A stretch of 64,000 bases of DNA from Glycera tridactyla (Eukaryota). Numbering within the stretch: position 1 is the stretch's first letter; each line of letters opens with the position of its first letter. The position numbers and the translations under genes are program-made. Positions 37,789 to 49,728 of this stretch are shown here, piece after piece. The stretch spans positions 69,502,001 through 69,566,000 of the forward strand of contig OZ286466.1 of NCBI GenBank assembly GCA_965644265.1, written 5' to 3'. The notes under the pieces are model-generated. The model was not told where the DNA came from, ran no database searches, and saw only the letters and a program-made list of their open reading frames with translations.

Positions 37789-37790
<2 letters not shown>
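36837..37790 (+). mobile_element. hATm-type internal-deletion derivative
   Basis: Perfect 18-bp TIR tagggtgtttcaaaaaac / gttttttgaaacacccta. No TSD seen; the right flank is (CA)n. Confidence 0.8.
36862..37357 (+). pseudogene. Frameshifted C-terminal part of a hAT (hATm-like) transposase
   Basis: HHSQYFHEPLVVLLLFDSGVSDDEK, WLDQPPDQW and YQEMAAVMSNLDVVNNAAGKGVKDIQDY in three frames match the hlwYlseelv.lalFd..vs.eeK and L.vvNdaAErgvkl.qdf motifs. The family label is from recall, not a search. Confidence 0.75.
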
Positions 37791-37855
<65 letters not shown>

Positions 37856-37910
37856 CACACACACCTTCCACACCTTTTTGAAACACCCACAAACACAGAC
37901 ACACACAATG
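37791..37910. repeat. (CA)n microsatellite
   Basis: Direct observation. Confidence 0.95.
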
Positions 37911-39047
37911 CTCTGTTGCTGACATGAGATACAAACAACAGGTCCATGAAAGGTGCCGAATACCCGATCCAAATTGAGTGCATTTTTTTTTTACTAGGAT
38001 TGAACCCATGTGAGATGCATACACCCCCATCACACACACACCCACACCCACACCCACACCCACACCCACACTTTGCATAGATTGATTGATATCTGAAGAT
38101 GCTTGAATGAGTAGGTGGCAGCATAACAGTATTTGATTATAATGTAGATGCATTTCAAATCCATCTGAATCTACCCACGCTTTTACTAAATAGACTCCCA
38201 TTATTGTATCAATTTCCACTCAGGTGAACAAGTATGAGGGATAGTCACCAGTGATCACAGGCTGAAGGAATCTATCGCAGGCTAAATGGTTGCAGATAAT
38301 GGAGAGTGCATGCATCAAAGGGTGGGAAATTTTGCACTAAACAGGTGACAGGTGTAAATGGAAGGATCACCACTGGGGTACCACAAGGCGCACGTGTTAT
38401 CCCCGTTGCTAGATGGATGTAAATGGATTTCCTCCCCTGATGATGCTATCCCATCATCCGATCCACAACCCCTACACACCCAGGTCATCCATAACTGTCA
38501 GTGCGCAATAACAGCCAGACAACTTCACACCCTTGGAAGAAGTTATGTCGCACATGCAGGATTCGGGAGTCCACGTTTGCACTCACACAGTTGCGTGATA
38601 ACGCAACATTGCAGTCTCCATGAGCCAATGAAAGAATCTGGATGGATCTCTGGAGGTTTCTTGTTTTCAAAACCAACTGTGTGTATCACTAGCCTTTTAC
38701 ATCTACAAGAAGTTTGGAGGTTTACTCGGTTGTTTTTATTGACCAAAGTCATTTCAAGCCCAGTATCATCGTCAATGCTTAGAGGTTTTCTGAGAACTGC
38801 TATTAGATGTTTTTGGTCATGAGGTTTAATCTTGGTAGGCTGTAGAGACCTTCCCAATTGGAATAATAATGTGTGGTATGTTGAAAAATAGAAACTCAGC
38901 TTCAAGAAAAGAAGAGAGTATCACATCAACTGAACAATTTTTTTTGGTGATGACCCATTTTCACATAAACTGGTTTTGGCAACAAAGAGGACCTGAATTC
39001 CTCACTGAAGGAGTAGCACTTTTATAACCCATCACAATGGCAATATT

Positions 39048-39310
39048 ATAGCAAGACTATATGGCCGTGAAGTAAAACGCAATACCAAACAAGGTGTGAA
39101 TTTCACCTCGGCTGAGTGACAACTGGAGAAATTCACACCATGTTTGATATTGCGTTTTCACCTCACGGTCATTTAGTCTTGCTTTTATCACATGGATTAT
39201 GGGATAAATCATCAAAAAGTAGTTCTCGCTCAGCTGTGAAGTATCACATGCAATACTCAACACTTGATACTTCACTGAAAATGGCACATCCACGTGATAA
39301 TCCATAAATT
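39048..39310 (-). mobile_element. Palindromic family P, copy 3
   Basis: ~55-bp inverted arms at 39053-39107 and 39128-39184 around a ~21-nt spacer. Confidence 0.8.
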
Positions 39311-39354
39311 CTGCACCGCCTGAACCGATCAATCAGACTAAGAATCTCATAGCT

Positions 39355-39635
39355 ATCTTACATCAAGACTATACGGCTGTGAAGTATAAATGCAATACCA
39401 AATGAGGTGTGAATATAACCTGATGACACAAGGCCGAAGACTGAGTGACTTCTGGGGAATTCACACCAAGTTTAGTTCTGTGTTTATACCTCACAGTCAT
39501 ATAGTCTTGCTTTTATCACATGTATTAGGAGAGAAATCTTGAAAGATCGGTTCACACCAAGCTGTGAAGTATCACACACAATACTCAACACTTGATACTT
39601 TTCTGACGATGTCACATTCATGTGATGATATAACC
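39355..39635 (-). mobile_element. Palindromic family P, copy 4 (tandem to copy 3)
   Basis: caagactatacggctgtgaagta...atagtcttgcttttatcaca...gctgtgaagtatcaca. Confidence 0.75.
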
Positions 39636-40269
39636 AACCAAATCTACTATTATACAATGTATCAATGGTCACATGATGCTAATGGAATCACGGTCCCACC
39701 CTGTCATTCACAGTCTCAATGACGGGCGTCAACGGCAGAACCGGCGCTCGTGGTGACGTTGTCATTACACCCAGCTGACAAAGGTAGCTGAGTGCTTATC
39801 GTGTGTCTACAGTTGATTACACAGCTGAGGCGGGAGCAGTGATTGAGTGACCTGTCACTCGCCGACAACCCCAGGTGTTTGATCCAATACTGCCCTACAA
39901 TCAAGAGATCAACACAGCAAGTTGTCAATCTCATCTCCATAATAATGCTGCCATTACACTAACACGGTTTCACTAGAGTTCAACACAGCAATTGTCAATC
40001 TCATCTCCTTGATAATGCTGCCTTCACACTAACGAGATCTCACAAGTCTCCATAATGCAGCTCTCAATAAAGATGGCGGATATCGTTCATATTTGACGAA
40101 AAGACTAGACGGTTCCACATATTTCTCGCTATTCGGGCTTTTTCCTGATAATTTTTGAGAAGTCACGGCCAGGACAAAATGCGGAACCTAAGCGGCTGTA
40201 TGTGGAATTGCGGGATACAGACGCCAAAATCGTAAAAGTTACGGACAATGTGGAATACTTGGCAGCCGT

Positions 40270-41000
40270 GTAATGCTGCCTTCACACTAACATGGTTTGA
40301 TGAGAGCTCAACACAGCAGTTGTTACTCTCGTCTCCATAATGCTGCCATTACACTAACACGGTTTCATGAGAGCTCAACACAGTGGTTGTTACTCTCATC
40401 TCCATAATGCTGCCATTACAAAAACAAGGTGTCTTAAGAGCTCAACACAGTGGTTTTTACTCTCGTCTCCATAATGCTGCCATTACACTAACACGCTTTC
40501 ATGAGAGCTCAACACAGCGGTTTTTACTCTCGTCTCCATAATGCTGCCATTACACTAACACGCTTTCATGAGAGCTCAACACAGCGGTTTTTACTCTCGT
40601 CTCCATAATGCTGCCATTACACTAACACGCTTTCATGAGAGCTCAACACAGTGGTTGTTACTCTCGTCTCCATAATGCTGCCATTACACTAACACGCTTT
40701 TATGAGAGCTCAACACAGTGGTTGTTACTCAAGTCTCCATAATGCTGCCATTACACTAACACGCTTTCATGAGAGCTCAACACAGTGGTTGTTACTCTCG
40801 TCTCCATCATGCTGCCATTACACTAACATGCTTTCATGAGAGCTCAACACAGCGGTTTTTACTCTCATCTCCATAATGCTGCCATTACACTAATATGGTT
40901 TCATAAGAGCTCAACAGAGTGGTTGTTACTCTCGTCTCCATAATGCTGCCATTACACTAACAAGGTTTCTTGAGAGTTCAACACAGCGGTTGTTACTCTC
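40270..41000. repeat. 67-bp minisatellite, ~11 units, with degenerate flanking units at 39900-40050 and 41040-41150
   Basis: ataatgctgccattacactaacacgctttcatgagagctcaacacag.ggtt.ttactctcgtctcc at 40471, 40538 and 40605. Confidence 0.95.
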
Positions 41001-41749
41001 ATCTTCTTAATAATGCTGGCTTCATACTAACAGTGTTTGATCCAATACTGCCCTACCATCAGGACTTCAACAAAGCAGTTGTCAATCTCATCTCCGCAAT
41101 GATGCTGCCATTACAAGAACACGGTTTCATGAGAGTCCAACACAGTAGTTGTCAACCTGTATGATTGTCAACCTGTATGATCGATTGATTGGACTAGACT
41201 TCTTGACAATGCAATAATCGATAAAATCATCGAAGCACTGATATATACTGTCTTCCAGTATTACCCATGTTGTATACAACATACAAAATATACAATGCAA
41301 CAGAAAAGTCGCAGTAGACTCGAACTGATGAAAGAGAACGGTTGCTTCCTAAAAGCTTCTGGATGGGAACCTAGCTTACTGTGAGTAACCAGAACTTTTA
41401 GTCCAAATATCAAATCAGAACACTCTATCATGATGGCTATGTCACTGAGTAGAACCTCATCACATGTGGTTCTGGTTCTGGTTTTTAGTTCGATGGTGAA
41501 GCTCAATTGGAATTCCCAGCTCTATACATCTTACCAAGGGCTCATTCACTGGGATTCTTTATTCTCTATACATCTTACCGAGGGCTCATTCACTGGGATT
41601 CTTTATTCTCGGTTTCCTGCCAATCCACTCTCATCTTGGACTGGCTCCAAGCTGTACCCATGGCGCTAATAATATTTTTGAGTTTCAGTGGCGGGGTTCC
41701 AGTGGAGTGTCATTTTGCCTGGATTGTGAACTGAATCTCCCCACTTGTG

Positions 41750-42040
41750 AAGGGTAGCGTGTAGTGTATGCTGGGGAGCTGTGTATTTGTAGCTAACTGG
41801 ATGCAACTTTTCATCGCAATGCACAGAGTCGCAAGCCATTGTTTTCAGACTCGTGACTGGCACTGCATGATTCACAGCTCAGCTAGACCATTTCCATGCA
41901 GCTCGAGCCTTTTGCACATGTTCAGAGCTAAACACAGGTGATCGGTTCAGAAATGCCTGGCAGGAGTGGGGATTGAATCACCAACTTTAGCATGCCTAGT
42001 GGTGTGAGGACAGCGCTCTTACCAACTGAGCCACACCAAT
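41750..42040 (-). mobile_element. tRNA-derived SINE
   Basis: Minus strand ggtgtggctcagttggtaagagcgc (clear A-box) ... gtgattcaatccc (degenerate B-box), followed by a non-tRNA body. 3' boundary uncertain. Confidence 0.65.
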
Positions 42041-43678
42041 CACATGCAGTGAAACAAGCCCCGAAACAGCCACGCCCAGTTCCCACCAAAATTCTTGGGA
42101 AGTAATTACCGGCTTATTATCTCGAAGAGCAATGGTATAGAAGTGCATACTAGCATCTATTAGCTATGGGATAAAATCATGGCAGTATAATGATATGGCC
42201 AATAATGATGAAGCAAATGAGTATGCCTATAATTACGATAAATGGCACAATGACGGTACAATTAGTAGCATCTGTGGGTGATAAAAGAGCGCTGTAAATG
42301 ACAGGTGAAAGAGTGCTGGGCTCTCCGCGTGAAACCCTCCAAGTTCAGTCTGTATGATGGACTGTGCAGGATTTGCACTAGATATGATTCATTTCAATCC
42401 ACCACTGAATGTTTTCGATATCAGCGTGTCATATTGCTATATCAGATGAAATTTTATTGTTAGGCCCACAATCTAAAAATGTGCCCTTCGGTAAATGTCA
42501 CATAATGTTGGAAATGGGCACATTCAGCCATATGGGATGTGTCCAAAAGGCACAGGCAAGTGCATGCCTTCTGCTACTTGTTCCCTACTTGTATTGCTAC
42601 ATACGGTATTCGGCCTCGTGAATTATACTGACAATACACACCTCGTGGTGTATAACTTGTCAGGACAACACCCCATGATTTCTTGCTTATATACCACAAT
42701 TTATCATGCTAATTGATGGTTGTTAGTTCATCTGGGTGGAATTCAGTCCATTTGTTGATCCCATTTATCTGACCACGAATCCCTTGTATGAAACATACGG
42801 GAGTTACAATATATAACAAACATGAACAAATAAGTTGAATGTCACTCATAACAAGCTAGGGATACTAAAGTAGTCTTGTTAAACAGGGCAGATCATGGGG
42901 AATCCATCAATGTATTATTTGTGTGTGTAGATCCTAAATTCATGACATGAAATCAGAAATTGAATGGATCAGGAATCATTTTACAGACATTACCTTCGCC
43001 CGACGAGTCACCTGCCGATTTGTGTCTATTTCGAAGGGGATCCGTTTCAAGCCGCAGCCGTGGACACAGTGGTCTTGACGAGTTATATTCAACACCCTTA
43101 TATTCGAGGCCGACACGCACTGATCGTGGTATATTAGAGTGGAACGAGAGATGAGCATGACACTTCCATAGTTGAGCAAGACATTCATGAATGCACCCAG
43201 CATTGACCAACCTTACCTAATTCATTCCTATCTAGCGTGATGAGAAATTAATGTATTGACTCATTTCTTTCATGAAAGTATTGAAAACAATATTTACCAT
43301 CGTATCATTGATGCTTTACATGAAAAGGACATGAACTCACTCCCTATCCAGTGACACAAGTGAGCCCGTACCCTTGCTAGTTGCAATTAGCATTCACACC
43401 TACATTCGATCGCTCCCTTTTAATTAACTTTCACGCCTTATATCCACTTTTCTCAATGGAATGTCATATAGAATCACCCACAAATATTGTAGTCAACATT
43501 TTTTTGAAAGAATTGTGGTGATTCATTTATTTTCAATGAAGATATGTGGAAAAGAATGACACAAGGTTGATCGGAATGTAAGCATCCATCATGCTGTTGC
43601 AATCAGTGTCAGGGTCCCTGCTCATTGCTTGTTCCACTCTAGGACCCGTTTGTAGCGACTTGCCCACCACAGGCATGG

Positions 43679-43900
43679 CAGGGCTCTACATCAACATTTT
43701 TCTTCAGCTGTCCTTCGGGCAGGTGAAGTAGGATTTTTACCTGCCCTCCCTGTCATTTTCACCTGCCCTACTGCATATAATCACAGCCCAAATAATGGTT
43801 GGGTACCTCCCCATCGGGCAGGCAGATTGATAAATTCACCTGCCCTAATAGCAAATCTGCCTGCCTGTGCCAGTAGGGCAACCATTAGCGTAGAGCCCTG
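43679..43900. mobile_element. hAT5-like MITE (5-bp TSD)
   Basis: TIR cagggctctac / gtagagccctg; CATGG duplicated on both sides; cctgccc subterminal repeats. Confidence 0.85.
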
Positions 43901-43914
43901 CATGGCAGAAATGA

Positions 43915-44825
43915 GCAGCAGATCACATGATTAGGGTCACATGCTTGAAAAGCCCATCATTTTCTCCTGGGTGGAAAATCCCTGTGTACACTTTTATAAC
44001 ATGTGTACTGATGTATGGCTGAAGTGCTAATCACTAGGGATAATGCTGGTGAGACAAAACCTCTTTCAAACTTGACGCATTTCTTTGTTCTGAGTACTGT
44101 ACTGCTCAAAGTGAAAGCCTTGCTATCGGGCTCACCTTCAAGGTTCAACATCGAAAATCGTCTGACAGGTAGAGGTATGTCTGAACTGCCAGCAACTTCC
44201 AATTGACACACTCTCTGCTGTTCCATCATTTTCTGAACAAGGTTCCTGATACTGAAGCTTGCAGGAGACAGAGCATTTACGTTTTACAGACCAGGTAGAG
44301 GTATGTCTGAACTGTCAGCAACTTCCAATTGACACACTCTCTGGTGTTCCATAATTTTCTGAACAAGGTTCCTGATACTGAAGCTTGCAGGAGACAGAGT
44401 ATCTATGTTTCACAGTTTTGTTTGTTTGTTTGTTTGTTTGTTTGTTTGTTTGAGGTTTAACGGCATGTATCAACCCCCAGGATTATGTATGCCGTGTGTT
44501 CCTGGTCAATGAAAGCTAGATGTTTTCTCCCCTGCAGACATCACTCTCACAAACCATGAACACAAGATGATGGGGAAACTGAAAGGTTGTCAAGTGAAAG
44601 TAGCTGAACATAACCATCAGCTACCTACACCTGAGACCATTTCGCTGAAGAAATAAGAAAGAGCTTAGAGGGATACAAAAGAAGTGAAGAAAAAGGAACC
44701 ATGGTGATAGTGTAATTTTGGTAGAAAATGGCTAAAGACAGATGACAGAAAATTTGGCTACGTTTTACAGACCAGGTATACATGGCATAATCCCTTCAGT
44801 TGATACATGCTGCTGAATTGCAACT
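43915..44825 (+). mobile_element. Long family R copy with two 126-bp units, interrupted by an antisense insert
   Basis: Collinear with 52743-53930; the sequence resumes at 44757 (tacgttttacagaccagg). Confidence 0.75.
44416..44756 (-). mobile_element. Nested antisense family R 3' end with (CAAA)n tail plus ~150 bp of unrelated 5' sequence
   Basis: (tttg)n-gaggtttaacggcatgtatcaacc...gtagctga; absent from copy B; flanked by tatgtttcacag / tacgttttacag. Confidence 0.75.
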
Positions 44826-45124
44826 AAACCATACTTAACTGAATCCCAATATGACATTCTATCCAGGCCCTGGCATTACTTCCAAGAATCATATATCACA
44901 TTGGATGGAGCATTATGCATGGAGCCTCTGGAAGTGAGAAAACTGTGTGCTTGGAGTGAGGTCATGCTTAGTACGGGTCAGTTATTTTGAAAAATACTCT
45001 GACGGGATGAGCAAAAAGCTATCGGATAGGGCAAGTTCCTGTTCAGTGCACATCTTGCTTGGAAGGGCTTCTTCAGGCAACTTTCTAGATTAGTTACAGA
45101 GACCAGCACCAACAATAGGGAAGG

Positions 45125-47050
45125 TTGCCTATTAGTGGAGACTGGCTGTCTAACCTAGACTCATGGGTTATTTCTGACTATAGTTGGTAACCGATGATGA
45201 ATAAGACAAAGGAGATGCCTAGCAACCAAGTCTAAATCATAATAAAATGTGTTACCGTGTGTTTGCCCGTTAGTGGAGACTGGCTGTCTAACTTAGCTAA
45301 TGGGTTTCTTCTGACTATAGTTGGTAACCGATGCTGGATAAGACAATGGAGGTGCCTAGCAACCCTAAATCATTATGAAATGTGTTACCGTGTGTTTGTC
45401 CGTTGGTGGAGACTGGCTGTCTAACTTAGCCTCATGGGTTTTTTCTGACTATAGTTGGTAACCGATGCTGGATAAGACAATGGAGGTGCTTAGCAACCAA
45501 GACTAAATCATTATAAAATGTGTTACCATGTGTTTGCCTGTTAGTGGAGACTGGCTGTCTAACCTAGCCTCATGGGTTTTTTCTGACTATAGTTGGTAAC
45601 CGATGCTGGATAAGACAAAGGAGGTGCCTAGTAACCAAGACTAAATCATTATAAAATGTGTTACCATGTGTTTGCCCGTTAGTGGAGACTGGCTGTCTAA
45701 CTTAGCCTCATGGGTTTTTTCTGACTATAGTTGGTAACCGATGCTGGATAAGACAATGGAGGTGCCTAGCAACCAAGTCTAAATCATTATAAAATGTATT
45801 ACCATGTGTTTGCCTGTTAGTGGAGACTGGCTATCTAACTAAGCCTCATGGGTTTTTTCTGACTATAGTTGGTAACCGATGCTGGATAAGACAATGGAGG
45901 TGCCTAGTAACCAAGACTGAATCATTATAAAATGTGTTACCATGTGTTTGCCCGTTAGTGGAGACTGGCTGTCTAACTCAGCCCCATGGGTTTTCTCTGA
46001 CTATAGTTGGTAACCGATGCTGGATAAGACAATGGAGGTGCCTAGCAACCAAGTCTAAATCATTATGAAATGTGTTACCATGTGTTTGCCTGTTAGTGGA
46101 GACTGGCTGCCTAACTTAGCCTCATGGGTTTTTTCCTGACTATAGTTGGTAACTGATGCTGGATAAGACAATGGAGGTGCCTAGTAACCAAGTCTAAATC
46201 ATTATGAAATGTGTTACCATGTGTTTGCCTGTTAGTGGAGACTGGCTGCCTAACTTAGCCTCATGGGTTTTTTCCTGACTATAGTTGGTAACTGATGCTG
46301 GATAAGACAATGGAGGTGCCTAGTAACCAAGACTGAATCATTATAAAATGTGTTACCATGTGTTTGCCTGTTAGTGGAGACTGGCTGTCTAACTTAGCCT
46401 CATGGGTTTTTTCTGACTATAGTTGGTAACCGATGCTGGATAAGACAATGGAGGTGCCTAGCAACCAAGTCTAAATCATTATGAAATGTGTTACCATGTG
46501 TTTGCCTGTTAGTGGAGTCTGGCTGTCTAACTTAGCCTCATGGGTTTTTTTCTGACTATAGTTGGTAACCGATGCTGGATAAGACAATGGAGGTGCCTAG
46601 CAACCAAGTCTCAATCATTATAAAATGTGTTACCATGTGTTTGCCCGTTAGTGGAGACTGGCTGTCTAACTCAGCCTCATGGGTTTTTTCTGACTATAGT
46701 TGGTAACCGATGCTGGATAAGACAATGGAGGTGCCTAGCAACCAAGTCTAAATCATTATGAAATGTGTTACCATGTGTTTGCCTGTTAGTGGAGACTGGC
46801 TGTCTAACTTAGCCTCATGGTTTTTTTTCTGACTATAGTTGGTAACCGATGCTGGATAAGACAATGGAGGTGCCTAGCAACCAAGTCTCAATCATTATAA
46901 AATGTGTTACCATGTGTTTGCCCGTTAGTGGAGACTGGCTGTCTAACTTAGCCTCATGGGTTTTTTCTGACTATAGTTGGTAACCGATGATGGATAAGAC
47001 AATGGAGACGCCTAGCAACCAAATCTAAATCATTATAAAATGTGTTATGT
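45125..47050. repeat. 138-bp satellite, ~14 units (copy A)
   Basis: gttagtggagactggctgtctaac recurs at 45540 and 45678 (period 138). Confidence 0.95.
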
Positions 47051-47261
47051 GTTTGCATCATGGTGTGGATACACAAAGAAAAGGAGATTGTTCCACACAG
47101 CCAACATATGCGGAGAGGCGGCCACTGCTGTGGGATATGATCCATGGATAATTGGTGAGGCAGAAAATATGCGCAGGCAATCATTTGCTGCCTCGCTGGA
47201 TATCATTACATGCCAGTAAACATACAGTGTCCAGCGGACCTTCCTCGGGACGTCTCACGTA

Positions 47262-47600
47262 TGCGGCAAGATTACTCCAATGATGACAAATGTCCAAACT
47301 ACTAAACGACACGACCAAGAATCTCAAATGCATCCACATCAGTATAATGCGGCGAGATTACTCCAATAAGAAATGTCCAAACTACTAAACAACACAACCG
47401 AGAATCTCAAATGCATCCACATCAGTATAACGCGGCAAGATTACTCCAATAAGAAATGTCCAAACTACTAAACAACACAACCGAGAATCTCAAATGCATC
47501 CACATCAGTATAATGCGGCAAGATTACTCCAATAACAAATGTCCAAACTACTAAATGACACAAACAAGAATCTCAAATGCATCCACAGCAGTATGATGGA
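47262..47600. repeat. 83-bp minisatellite, ~4 units (copy A)
   Basis: gcggcaagattactccaataagaaatgtccaaactactaaacaacacaaccgagaatctcaaatgcatccacatcagtataat. Confidence 0.95.
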
Positions 47601-48024
47601 ATTAGGTTCCAATATGAATCAAAGCTATCATCTCCATTAGTGAAATTTCTCTGATGACTGATGTCCGAACTACTAAACGACACGACCAAGAATCTCAAAT
47701 GCATCTCCATCAGTATACTGGAGTTAAAATCAAATATAAATCATAGCTATCAATTTCATTCGGATCTCATGAATGAATCTACGAAGAGAATAAATTTGAT
47801 CTTACATGCATTCAATCTTCTATGTAGCACTCTGCAAACATTTCCAAATTCTTTTGATAATGGTTGCAAAAATAATGTTCTTGGTTCCAAGATCATCCAT
47901 AACGAATGGAAATTAAGTTATTTTGGAATGCTATGTCGATAGGATGCACAACATACCAATCACTCTACAAGCAGTCCACAAGCTCCTCCTGTCAACTGGG
48001 CAGCTCCCAGTGAAATAGACAAAA

Positions 48025-48174
48025 CAAGAAATTTCTTCAAAAAGAAGAATGGTCGTCGATTTACAGTGGAGAGGTGGTAATTTAAAGGGAAAAATGAATG
48101 AAGTGGAGAGAGACAGAAAGAGAGAGAGCCTGTGTTTGTGTGTGTGTGAGTGACAGACAGACAGACAGACAGAC

Positions 48175-48209
<35 letters not shown>

Positions 48210-49728
48210 GGTTATTTTCCAGCCCTGGCTATGTTGGAATTGACTCGTCTTGATAAAATCACCTCCAAAGAACAAATAGACTGATTGTCACTAGTCAAAC
48301 TGCATATATAACGAAATAAAACATCGAAATCTCGCCCCACGTGAGCTAGCTCGAAGTGATTTCTCCTCATTTCGCCATTAAACGTATTTTTCGTCATGTA
48401 AAGCAACATGAAGAAACTCACGGCCGCCATCTTGATATTTCTACAATCGAATGATGAGACGACGGAAATTGCTTCAAACGAACAAATAGACAGATTGTCA
48501 ACTCTCAAACTGCATATATAACGAAAGAAAACATCGAAATCTCGGCACACGCGACCTAGCTCGAAGTGATTCCTCTTCATTTAGCCATTAAACGTATTTT
48601 TCGTCATGTGAAGCAACATGAAGAAACCCGCGCCCGCCATCTTGGTATTTCTACAGTTGAATTATAAGACAACGGAAATTCGTTTCAAACGAACAAATAG
48701 ACAGATTGTCAACTCTCAAACTGCATATATAACGAAAGAAAACATCGAGATCTCGGCCCACGCGACCTAGCTCGAAGTGATTCCTCTTCATTTCGCCATT
48801 AAACGTATTTTTCTTCATGTAAAGCAACATGGCAGATAACATGTGTCAAACACGTGGGTTCCGCGAATTCTCACATCGCCTTTCAAGGCTAAAATACCAT
48901 AGAAATATTGAACTCACGGTGAAGACGATTACACGATTAAATCACGGATATCCGATTGTATGTACTCCCATGTATAAATTCCGAGAATCCGTTGAATATT
49001 CGCCAGAAACAGTGGAGATGTCAAGCGGGCCATGTTAGGTTTGGCCTTCTTGTTTCATTCGTGAGATCGGCTTCCTCGTGGTTCCGAAACCTGCGCAGAC
49101 GCTCTGAAATCGTCTTCTGCGCACATTGTTGACATCTCGCGATGAGAGCCCCATGAAAGCAGGTCGCTGATTGGTCGATTTCGCCGCGATTCCGGCAATT
49201 TGGCCAATCAGTGAACGCGACAGATATATGTGTTGGTTCTCTAACACCTGGAGCACTTCGGCAGTTTCCGTATACGTTCGGCTACTCTCGGCCACGAATA
49301 AATTAAATATAAACTATTATGGGATGGATCGCCGCCTCATTTGCATATCGATATAATGACGTCACCGGAAGGGCTTCCCCGAGAAATTCCGCCTTCTCTA
49401 TCCGTAAGTGTCGCTTTCTCCGTCATATTTTTCGTTTCAAACGTTCTCACGCAGTCATTTATCGATATTATCAAGAATTCTTTGTATTTCACGTAATAAG
49501 TAAAGTTTCTCACACAAATCGCATATTTTTCAGGCACGGTCGATCTAATTCTGATGATTCCAAAAGCATTTTTACAAAGGGTCGTACTCATACAGTGTCG
49601 ACTATTAATGTCTACTTTCGCCGACTTTCTCACGTTTCTCTACGGAGTCCTCCACAAAACTCGGCGATTTTATCGTCTAGATTGAGAGGGAATCCCAGAG
49701 TGAAAACAGTACCGTCTCCGACGGAAAA
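48025..49728 (+). mobile_element. HINE-like insertion specific to copy A (~1.7 kb)
   Basis: The empty site in B is tagac-aaaaaaa-gcctg (58561). Inserted in an A-run without a TSD. 5' caagaaatttcttc hairpin, (gaca)n, three ~210-bp cores, 3' hairpin ccgtc-tcc-gacgg. Confidence 0.85.
49165..49372. promoter_or_regulatory. Promoter-like motif cassette inside the HINE
   Basis: ctgattgg (49167), ggccaatcag (49202), atttgcat (49339), tgacgtca (49357), ccggaag (49365); CpG-rich. Confidence 0.4.

Noticed and set aside
2447-38219. HT/CV/RA-rich ORFs in the ORF track
   Set aside because: They are translations of (CA)n, (GT)n and (GTGC)n microsatellites, or they run through N gaps.
41965-42040. tRNA gene
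   Set aside because: Good A-box but degenerate B-box, no convincing cloverleaf, and it continues into a non-tRNA body; treated as a SINE head.
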